The notes beneath the pieces are model-generated. The model saw only the letters and a program-made list of their open reading frames with translations, did not search any database and was not told the origin of the DNA. The translations under genes and the position numbers were made by a program. This document shows, in pieces, positions 24,817 through 35,421 of a stretch of DNA of 64,000 bases. Each line of letters opens with the position of its first letter. Position 1 is the first letter of the stretch. This DNA is from Chlorokybus atmophyticus (lineage: Eukaryota > Plantae > Mesostigma and Chlorokybus algae). Location of the stretch: the NCBI GenBank assembly GCA_009103225.1, contig RHPI01000890.1, forward strand, positions 213,579 through 277,578, read 5' to 3'.

Positions 24817-25926
24817 AGCGCATTGTCCTCGCCACTAGGCTAAATAGTCCACAGGCGTGACCTGTATAACTTCAGAGAATGTAGTACGTGTATGTGTATC
24901 ACACTGTAAATATACAGTGCTGTGCGACAGAGCAACAAGGTGCTCGTTGTCACCATGCAAACTGTGACGCAAGTTACTTTTCAGTACATCAGCGCATGTG
25001 AACAGGCACTCACACACACACAGCGAGTACTCCCATAGCTCAAAGTATGTGCAGTAGACCCACAGGGGCCCTATACTTCCATATCTTCTGCATATGCACT
25101 ATACAGAGCTGCTTGTTGTGCGCAGGCTGTACTTCCTTATCATGTAATCAACCCATCTAGTTCAACAATGCAGGCAGCGCATCCCGCTGCCTTGAAGCAT
25201 ACACTGTACGTGCGCTAATCTCATAACACTCCGTGATGCAATCCTTACATCTGCACAAATTCACCTCTTGCCTACAGAATACTCGGTCTTCATTAGTATA
25301 GTTGTCCTCCGCATCAAGATTCACACCTTTCAGCCGGTCGTCACCGAGTGTGGCGTCATTGTCTGTGTGTCGCTCCTGGCTAGGAACTTGTGCCTTGTCA
25401 AATTTGTGAAGTTGTCTGCCTGCGTACATAAAACCAAAAGTATTTGTGACAGCATAATGCTGAAAAATGCACCATGCACAACATCATACACAATGTACAA
25501 ATCACGTGACTATGAGATACCATGCAGACACGCTGTTCGGCGGATACGATTAGCAATATATCATATGTAATAATAGTACTATGGCATGTGATCCAATATG
25601 CAATGATATATACTTAGCATCGCATGTCATATTATATATGTCAATACGGCACTCTATATATCTATACATAATGATGCGATAGATTGCAACAAGCACACAA
25701 TGATTGCCATAAATAGTGCCATAACGATATTGATATCCTTATATTATAGATAATACTGATGGTCGTATACTATTATTGCTCATGATATTCACATGCAAGT
25801 ACAATGTACCTTCCAATAGCAATGGCGCAATCGTACAATGTCAAATGACTTGGAAGCGACAACAATCGCAACATGTCGTCTTCTCTTTACATATGCGCAA
25901 CTGCATATGTCAAGAGAAGCAACTTT

Positions 25927-26040
25927 GCGCCCAGTGGGACTCGATCCCAAGACCTTTCAAAGTCCGCTCATGGTCACATGACCAATGTAGCGCCGGGCTT
26001 AATCGACTAGGTCATGGTAGCAAAATGAGCTACCATAAGG
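25927..26040 (-). repeat. tRNA-derived repeat, copy C (both boxes, diverged)
   Basis: The reverse complement reads ttttgctaccatgacctagtcgattaagcc...gcggactttgaaaggtcttgggatcgagtcccactgggcgc, with A-box-like, anticodon-loop-like and T-arm-like parts. Confidence 0.55.
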
Positions 26041-29000
26041 TTGTGTAACGCTTCATACTAATGCTTTATAAGCCCTCAAAGCCCACAGCACTAAATGGCG
26101 GTACAAGCGCTTAATTGTGCAACATGTATGATGCAACGCGATAAGATGGCCTCAAAAATCGAAAATTGCGCATTATACGCAACAATTGCAATTACAAATA
26201 TATCAATCGCGCTTCACAATGCTATAAGCTAAAAAACTGTAACAAATCACTACTGCACGTGTTAATGTGATGAATGCATTATTCTAAACGGCTTGATTTA
26301 ACGTGATTTATGGCATTGATGGCCATCATTTCTTGCTATCGAGCAACGCAACTATCAAAATATCCGTCCCATTAGTAGACGACACTAAAATATTGTGATA
26401 TCCTCGTCTATAATGGCGCAATCACTTGCTTGGGCAATACGGTATCCACTATCCATTGATCCCGTATCGGCCTTTGTGGTCTTTGTGGATCGCGAGTCAC
26501 GCTCGCTACCTGTAAAGGCCACCATGTAACCCTCCAATTCTACAACATGTGTCAAGCCCCCTTTCAAATGGCCTTTTTTGGGGTCCTCGTGGGTCCTCAA
26601 AAGTCACGCGCGTTAAAACGTGACGGATCGCATCACAAGCTGCGCGAGGACGCACGGTATGTGTTCAACTGATACGATGCGCATCGTATTCACCTTTGAA
26701 CGCGCGATGACCAAGAAAACGCCGTCAGATTACTACCAATGGGCGTGGTGCTTGCAATGACCATACCTAGCAAACAACTCATTCAACCAATGCTGTACAC
26801 CTTGTTTACTTAACTCTTCCGTCTGCATCGTTTCATTCTACCATTGCAACTAATTGAAAGTCTCCACAACTTCGAGACGCCTTTGCGTGTCATCTACACA
26901 CAGGTGTTCTATCTTGGGTCATACAATTCTCAGAATTAATCAATCGACACCATGCGTTAATCCACGCCGAACGCAACATGACGTCACACATCTTAAAAAA
27001 GAAATGCCACTAGTATTATTATTGTTTCACTGCGGGTCATGCAAATCCGAATTAATGTCAGGCGGTATTTCACACCAAATCCCTGCACGTCGTTACACGG
27101 AAAATAAAAATTCAATGGAGAAAAAATGCAAGTTTTATATGTTACTCAACGTAATGTATACTGCCAACTCTACCACATGCATTGCCTGATTCCATCACTA
27201 TCACTGCATTCAAGAAAATCTCCCTATGTACCAAAACGATTCGCAGACCGTGGTATATATATCTTCCATCATGTATCGAGACGCCCCTGCGAGTCGTCTC
27301 GATACATTTTTTCCATCTTGTCAAACTCTTGTGCCATGCGGTTCACCACGCAAATTCCCTGCGCGCCGTCACACACATTAACAATAGGATCAAAAACAAT
27401 AACAAGTCACTTATTCAATGTAGATGTACGATGTATACCGCCGAGACAGCTGTTATCGCTGCCATGACAATCCGCGGCAGATTTAAGGCAATAGGTGCGG
27501 CCATTGTAGGCAAGCGCTTGACGTTCACGCCTTCAACGCTTTTTTGGATAGCGGTGACGGCGACGCAAGGTTACATTCACAACGCCGCTTAGTAAGTTGC
27601 TAGCAGCAACCAAAACCCTGAGCTAGTCCAACAAATATATGACCCGATGACAATATTTGAATATACCATTATGAACCGTCGCAAAATGTTTCCCCTACCG
27701 GCCGATTAAAAATTGGCAACGGTCGTGCACCAGAGGATACTCATTTGGACTGTCAAAACTCAGTCTACCGGTACTCTCGATAGCGGCCGTCTGGGGCCTA
27801 ACCCTAACTGACAGGTACCTGTTAAATACCCATCACTCAAGCAAAAGGGACTTAACCTATCTGACAAGTAACTAATCAATATCGAACTATTAGGTACCGG
27901 CGACTGTACGCTAAATGATTGTGCCTGACAGGTACCAGATGGTATATTTATAGTACCGGCCATTATTGATGTGTACCATCAAAGGTACCTGTTAGTACCG
28001 CTTGGTTATAATTATGCATCACACAATTATTGTCGTCAAATGTGCAAGACGGTGATAAATTAAAAGTTTATGATGCCCAAAAAAGTTGATATACTACAAT
28101 GTAAACTCCAGTGAGCTACTACTACTACCGTAGTAGTGACTACTGCTAGTACAACTAAGCTACTACTTTCAGTACTACTACCCTTGTATTAAGCTGCCGC
28201 TTTTGCACCGCCCACCACTGGAGCCGGCAGCTCCGCCGCCGCCTTTCCTTGTCCGCCGCCGCTCTTGTAAAGCAAATAAGGCGGTTAAGGCAATTAAACA
28301 AGCAATCAACAGTAGCATACACACCTACATGCTGTCGCTTGCCATGTATCGCCACCGCCGTCGCCGCTTAGCCTGGCCTGGCCTGGCCGCCCTATGGTAC
28401 AAAGGGTGGTTAGGCTGCCTATGCTGTTGCGCATAACACAACATTATAACATACCGCAACCAAGCTCACCTACTGTTCGCCCATGCCGCCGCCGTCACCA
28501 CCACCGCCGCCGCCGCCGCCGCCACTGCAGCGCTGCTAGCTCCGACACAACGCTCACAAGTCACTTGAGTTAAGTGTCAACTTGAATTAAGCCGTTGAGC
28601 TTTCGAATTGCTGCCGAAGACACGATGGCACAATCGTATCATTAAAACGGTACGATTATGCCATCGTCACGATGGGAGTATCATACTATGTTAATGGTAC
28701 ATCAAATGCATTGTATAAAAGTCACGACTTGCCGGCAATACGAAGCGACAAGTAGGAACTGCCGGTTACTTGCTTGTCGCTAAAAGATCGCTGCCGCGCA
28801 TGACATGCTACAGTTAAGTGACGAGCGACAATTGGCCGGCACCACAAGTCACTATAAGGCGACCTGCTTGCCACAACAGGCATGCCGCCGCGATGGCCAG
28901 GCTACAACCAACGGTCGGCCGTCACTGCAAAGTCACGTGTTTGCCATCTCAGGCAGGCCGCCGTTACTTGTGGACTATCGACGGTCGATTGGCCGTCAAC

Positions 29001-29792
29001 AGCAGTCCACAATAGCCGACGGCAGACCCAACAGTCAAAAAGCGACATGTTAGGCACGGCCAGGCACGGTCGGGCACCCGTCAGTCCCTCGGTCCCTGGT
29101 CAGTCACCGTGTAAGATTTGCGACCATATACCATCATATAATATACTATGTTACATCTGCTAATTGCTACCGACTTACACCGATATATGTGTTATAATGC
29201 ATACGTTAATAGTCCGGCGGCAATCTAGCCATGCGGCAAGATTTTGCTCATGCATTCAACCTGCACATTTTTACGCCACGCCGCAGCATGCGTGGCGTCA
29301 TCAGGCATGCTGCGGCGTGGCGCCAACTTTTTCGCTAGAACCTTCAGATCAGAAGCAAAATACATGCAGTTGCGCGCAAGCATGACGACCCTTGTTCAAG
29401 CACCAAAGCCGACCATTTACATGCATGTACATCATCGCATGCGGTGTGGGCAAGTCTTTGCTGACTATATGGCGCCAGACAAGTTCATTTCAATTCAACT
29501 GTTTGGTAACATCAGTTGTCATAGAGCTGTTGTTGTTTGTTCATTGAACTTGTGTGCTCACTGACCGGGCCGGTGGAAGGGATGGGCTTGCTAAGAGCCG
29601 GAGCGGCGCAGCAATGGAGAGGTGTTGTTCATGTGCTAGGGCTTCTAAGCTTGGATGGTCTGCAGTTGTAGAAGTTTCTATGACTTAGGCTGAAGCCTTC
29701 ACGTAGTCTTTTATAATAAATCCTAGCTATACACATGAACACACCCCACATTGCATTTGAGTACATCAAACTTGACATGAACCGTTGTTGGG

Positions 29793-30607
29793 TGTCACGC
29801 CCAGAGGGCTTGCGAAAGTTACTCTCAGTTCCTTTCATATATGGTAAGTAAGAGGGACCAAGTGAGGATTTCGCATGCCATGGTGTAGCAGCTTGGCATG
29901 TGTGCTTATCCTTGTCTACTCAGTAGATAGGGCTATGTAGCTGCACAAGGCACTGTATATCAGTATACGCAGGGCTAATCAGTGCCATATGCTATGCATG
30001 ACTTGTGGAGTGCCAGTGCAGTGACACTAGGGCAGCATACGTGCTGCACGTGGCAAATCGCAAGTAAGTCATGCGATCTATTAGTATGATGTGTTTGGAC
30101 AAGCACATGACGGATTTTGGCATTTTGCAAAAACTTGTCCTCTGTTTGACAATCTCGAGGGTTGATGTCATGTGATCATCATGATGGGACAGGTTTTATG
30201 TGGACAAGGTCAGCACAATGACAAGGCCTTGGGCCTTGAAAATCCTGTGTGCCAGGTTGGAAGAGCGGCAAGTGGTATATATGCTCAGTAGCAACCTTGA
30301 GTAGGGATCAGAGTGTGTTCACCACTCAAGGGCCACTTGTGTGTGGGGTGCCTGGTTGTAACTGCTGAAGGGGCTCTCCCCCTTATCCCTTGCGGGGTGT
30401 GTGTGTGTGGCGTTTGTGGGTAGCTGCACTTGCGGTGTGTGCGTGTGTAGGAGCTGTTGGAGGGCTGGCAGTCATCCTCTCCTACCCGACTATGGTGCTG
30501 TGTCTTCCCTCCACGAGGTGCTGCACCATGGTGTGTTGTGCAAGTTCTTTGTGCTTGTGCGCAAGTTGGTGAGGCTCACTAGCAGGTAAATGAGTGGTAT
30601 CGTTACA
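29793..30607 (+). repeat. 5-prime LTR (about 815 bp)
   Basis: Starts tgtcacgcccagagggc and ends gagtggtatcgttaca; colinear with 34108-34936. Confidence 0.93.
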
Positions 30608-31144
30608 TTGGACTCGGAGCTTGTTTCCAAGCCTTGCATGCTTGCCTATCAGCTTGTGCACTTGCTGGAAAGCGCATGCGTTGCATCTTTTGCTTACATG
30701 TGCTGCACGGCGGTGTTTTCATGCTGAATTATGCATCATTTGAGCATGTAGTTCGTCACTCCAGCTGCACGCACACTTGCATGCACGGTGTGGGCCATGT
30801 TGCACGCTGATTTGTGCATCATTTGAGCAAGTGTTGCTGCATTTTGCTGCATACACGTTTGCACTTGCGCGTGTGTCTGCGTGTTGCTGCATTTTACTGC
30901 GTCTTGCTGCATACACGTCTGCACTTGCGCGTGTGAGTGCGAGTAGCTGCATGTTGTTACGTGACTGCATTTTGCTGAATCCAAGCTCATTACGTGCTTG
31001 TGCACTAGCAGAAACCATTGACAATGGCTGCCAATGTTGCCAATCCGGTTGCGGCTCGAGTTACGGAGCTGCAAAGCTAGGTTCAGGCCATGATGGCGGC
31101 CAACACGTCCATGAAGGAGCAACACGACCAGCAGCTAGCTAAGG

Positions 31145-32010
31145 TTGGTTGCTGCAAACGCCCATACGATGATGCCTCACCTCAGGTTCTTCTCCGACAC
31201 CAACGACGGGAAAGGCAAGGATCTTGGGGTGACCGTGCGTGATTGGCTATCTAGCTGTAAGCATGTGTTGCATGCTGCAGAGGTGTTGCCTATGCATGAG
31301 GCCAAAGAGGTGTCGCTTTTAGCATCCTACTTGCGCGGCAGTGCTGCCCGCATGTCGGAGGGGGCTTCTCCACGTTTGGAGGCCGCTAGCAAAGTTGTCA
31401 CGAGCTTAGATGTGTTTGAGAGTGCTATGTTGCAGGCCTACGGGGGTGTAAACCCGTCACAAAAGGCGCGTGACAAGCTATGTCGCTTGAAAGTTAAGCC
31501 CGAGCGGTCCATTGAGGACTTCACTGTCTACTTTGAATCGGTGTGCCCCGAAGTTGGCCCCGACATGCCTCTGTTTGAACAGAGAAGATGGACAAGTATT
31601 GGGCCGCCTTGCCGGAAGATACGGCAAAGCAACGGACATTCAAGGAGGGACTTGAGTTCTTCACGCATGCCGACTTCAACTTGATGAAGCGCACTACCGT
31701 TCAGTATGACAACAGCCTGTGCATGATCAATCAGGCCAAGAAGTTGACTATTGCCGACAACAACCAGCCCTCATAGTCCACTCCCTCGATGGGAGGTGGC
31801 GGTGGCAAAAGCCGCAAGCGCGGCCGCCCTGGCGGTAGAGGCAAGCAGCCTGCCCAGCGGGTGAACAAGAAGCGTGCACTCAGCATCCCAGGTGTCACCG
31901 CGGAGCTCAAGGGCGCCCGCTTCAAGGCTGGCTTGTGCCTCAAGTGTGGGGAGAAGGGCCACAGTGTGGCGAACTGCCCCAACCCCTCCTCCAACAAGCC
32001 TGTTGCATAG
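31145..32010 (+). pseudogene. gag: Retrotransposon gag remnant
   Basis: Retrotrans_gag-like VRDWL...LLASYLRGSAA...ARDKLCRLK...SIEDFTVYFE and zinc knuckle CLKCGEKGHSVANCPNP; frameshifted. Confidence 0.88.
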
Positions 32011-32019
32011 GAATTCGAG

Positions 32020-33790
32020 GTAGAAAACTAGTCCATGCGCTACAGGAGTGGCGCTGCTATTTAGAAGATGTGGAAGGTGGGTTTACAGTGGTCACAGACC
32101 ACAAACCATGTTGTCTTTCAAACCCAACCAACCTTGTCGCGGAGACAAGTGAGGTGGGCTGAGTTCTTGTCGCGTTTCAGCTGTACTTGGGTATAAAGAC
32201 CAGGTAGGGTGAACATGGCAGACCCTTTGAGCCGCTCGCCTTTATCATTGGTAGCGACAGCACGTGCACGTGCACAAAGCCAAGGGTGGGCACAGTCAAG
32301 TAACACTGATGCCAGTACTTGCGAGTTGGCAGCTGAGCTCGAAAGAGCTATCGATGAGACACCAGTGGCAATCCGTGAGCCTGCGACTTGCGATCTGCCA
32401 ATTGCATGCAAAGCAGCTAGCAAGATACACCAATGGCAGTTCACAATGCAATTGGGGAGGACCCCCTGGCTGTTGATGTAGAGGATATCATAGAACGTCT
32501 ACCGCAAGCCTATGCACTTGACAACTAGTTGCTTGAGTTGTTGAAGCAAGCGGATGACAAAATCAGCTGCCATAAGGGGTTATGATACTAAGGCCAGACG
32601 CACTCGGTCGTAGGCAAGAGTGTTTGCATGAGGCACACAATGCAGTATACAGCGGTCACATGGGCATGATTCAGACCATCAAGCTGCTGCAGCGACAGTA
32701 CAAGTGGCCAACCTTGGTGGTCGATGCGACCAAGTATGTCTAGTGTTGTAACACTTGTCAATGTGACAAGGCCTCACACCGCAACCAATGGGAGAGTGTG
32801 AGTATGGATCTGATTACGGCTCTACCAAAGACAAAGCAAGGGCATGATGCCATCATTGTTTTTGTCGGCCGACTGACCAAGATGGTCCCGTTTGCACCGT
32901 GTCGCACAGACATTAGCGCACAGTTTGCATACGCCTTTATAAACTTAGTGTTCAAACTACACAACGTGCCCAAAGAGGTGGTGTCTGAGCGTGATCCCAA
33001 GCTCACCAGTCAATTCTGGCAAGATGTGTGCCAATACTTAGGAACCAAGCAGAACTTGAGCACTGCTTATCACTCGCAAAATGACGGACAGACGGAGTGC
33101 ACGAATCAGGTGCTGGAGGACGTATTTCGTCACTACACTTCACCCAGGTTTAATGACTGGGATGTGCACCTAGCATTAGCAGAGTATGTTGTGAACAATG
33201 CATGGCAAGAGTCCTTGCGCAGCACTCCGTTCTTTTAAAACTATAGCCGTCATTCGTTGACTCCCATGTCTTTGAAAGTTCAGCCGTTTTAGCAAAGTGC
33301 CGATGGCTAGAGACTTTATTGAGCAAATGCATGAGGCATTGGCCATTGCTAAGGACGGCCTGAGAGCAGCCCAAAATCGGCAAAAAATGTATGCCGACAG
33401 CGCAGACCCGTAGATGGTCTCGCATTTTGAGATAAGATCTTGCTGAGTTCCAAGAATATCAGACTTAAGACGAGCGGTGTGCGCAAGTTGCTACTCAAGT
33501 GGCTAGGGCCGTTTACTATATCCGCCGCTGGTGGCGAGCGCGCCTTTCGGCTTGAGTTGCCAAAGAGCATGCGCGCGCACAACGTATTTCATGAAGCACT
33601 GTTGAAGCTATACAAGAGTAATCGCTCAGTGCAGCCTCCAGTTGAGGTAGAGGGTGATCTTAAATACAAGGTCGAGGCCGTGGTTGGCAAGCGGTTTCGA
33701 AAGTACAAGAACAGCTTTCAGATCGAACATCTTGTCAAGTGTGGCTTGGTTATGGCGAAGAGCGCAACGCCTAGGAGCCGCTCTTAATTA
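32020..33790 (+). pseudogene. pol: pol remnant: RNase H C-terminus, integrase and chromodomain
   Basis: LVHALQEWRCYLE...FTVVTDHKP, NMADPLSR, WESVSMDLITALPKT...IIVFVGRLTKMV, VVSERDPKLTSQFW, STAYHSQNDGQTE, KWLGPFTI and KYKVEAVVGKR...EHLVK. Confidence 0.92.
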
Positions 33791-34107
33791 TGGGCCATAA
33801 TTAAATGGTCAAACTGTGCTGTCAAGTTGAGCCAGTTAAAGAGTGAACTCAAATCCACAGGTGCCACTTGAGAGCGTTTGCTCGGTTGCAACACGTTCAC
33901 ATGCAACCGTCTCTTCTTATGTAACATGCCAACAAGTGCGCAGTGGTACCCAATACCAGAGTTGGTTGTTACTCCCGCAACTTGCATTTTGTTTCACGCG
34001 TAGTGTGCGGTACTTTAGTGGGGCTGATCACCCTAGCTGGCAATTATCGTGCGGGACACGAGTCCCATTGTTTGCAACATGGAAGTTGCAATGCAAGTGG
34101 GGAGGAA

Positions 34108-34936
34108 TGTCACGCCCAAAGGGCTGGCGAAAATCACTCTTTGTTCCCTACTTATGTGGTAAGTAGGAGAGAACCAAGTGAGGATTCCACATGCCATGGT
34201 GTGTAGCACTTGGCATGTGTGCTTATGCGGTCAGTCCTTGTCTATTTGGTAGCTAAGGCTATGTAGCTGCACAAGGCACTGTGTATCAGCACGCACAAGG
34301 CTGTTCGGTGCCATATGCTCTGCATGACTTGTGGAGTGCCGATGCAGTGACACTAGGGCTGCATACGTGCTGCATGTGGCAAATCGCAGGTTAGTTATGC
34401 GATTTACCAGTATGATGTGTTTGGACAAGCACATGACGGATTTTGGCATTTCGCAAAACTTCACCTGTGTTTGATAATCTCAAGGTTTGATGTCCTGTGA
34501 TGGGACAGGTCCTATGTGGACACAGTCAGCATGTGTTGGAAGGTCAGCACACGGTGACAAGGCCTTGGGCCTTGGAAATCCTATGTGCCAGGTTGGGAGA
34601 GCGTCAAGTGGTATATATGCTCAGTAGCAACCTTGAGTAGGGATCAGAGTGTGTTCACCACTCAAGGGCCGTTTGTGTGTGGGGTGCCTGGTTGTAGCTG
34701 CTAAAGGGGCTCTTCCCCTCATCCCTTGCGGGGTGTATGTGCGACGTTTGTGGGTGGCTGCACTTGTGTCTGTGTGGGAGCTGTTAGAGGGCTGGCGGTC
34801 ATCCTCTCCTACCCGACTATGGTGCTGTGTCTTTCTTCCACGAGGTGCTGCACCATGGTGTGTTGTGCATAAGTCCTTTATGCTTGTGCGCAAGTTTGTG
34901 AGGCTCACTTGCAGGTAAGTGAGTGGTATCGTTACA
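34108..34936 (+). repeat. 3-prime LTR (about 829 bp)
   Basis: Preceded by the polypurine tract aagtggggaggaa; starts tgtcacgcccaaagggc and ends gagtggtatcgttaca. Confidence 0.93.
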
Positions 34937-35421
34937 GGTGCTGCATGTGCTGATTGTTGCTCGTAAGCTAACGAGGGGGATGAGGTGTCGCCGGCTAAGG
35001 TCTTAGTCTATACCGCTTATGCATAGGCAAAAATATTTATGTATTCATGCACATGGGGATTGCTTGCATGCTACTTTTTGGTATTACATCACAATTGTTT
35101 AGCTGTCGTGTGGTGGTACGGAGCGGCACTAGCTCACAAACATGCTGGCCTTGTCATTCAGCTGACACAATTTGACCTTGTCATGGCAACAATGTATTCA
35201 CCTGTAAGATTATGTAACGCAATCGCATACACAATCAACCGTTTTGCTGCCAACACGATTTATCATGGAAGGTGTAGCTATCTACCTTGACCTCATGTTC
35301 ATAGACAACAGAATGCACACAATGACAATATTGTCGCCAAGCCAAACCCGATCCTAGGTGCTATCAACCGCACAACCAAATTGCTTAGCTAGCAATGAAT
35401 GCGCTCCAGCAATTACTGAAG

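Larger units (their letters stand above)
29793..34936 (+). mobile_element. Decayed Ty3/gypsy chromovirus LTR retrotransposon, internally deleted (no protease or RT)
   Basis: Two homologous LTRs (TGTCAC...GTTACA), PBS-like TGGACTCGGAGC after the 5-prime LTR and a polypurine tract at 34095-34107. It also has gag with a CCHC knuckle, an RNase H C-terminus, an integrase core and a chromodomain, all with stops and frameshifts. Confidence 0.95.

Noticed and set aside
26940-27030. piggyBac transposase-like WHFFFKMCD...WINAW
   Set aside because: Only a short resemblance in a stop-filled frame; no upstream DDD motifs or TTAA ends found.
30594-30620. Self-priming PBS in the retrotransposon
   Set aside because: No complement of the PBS found in the LTR; a decayed initiator-Met PBS (3 mismatches to TGGTATCAGAGC) is simpler.
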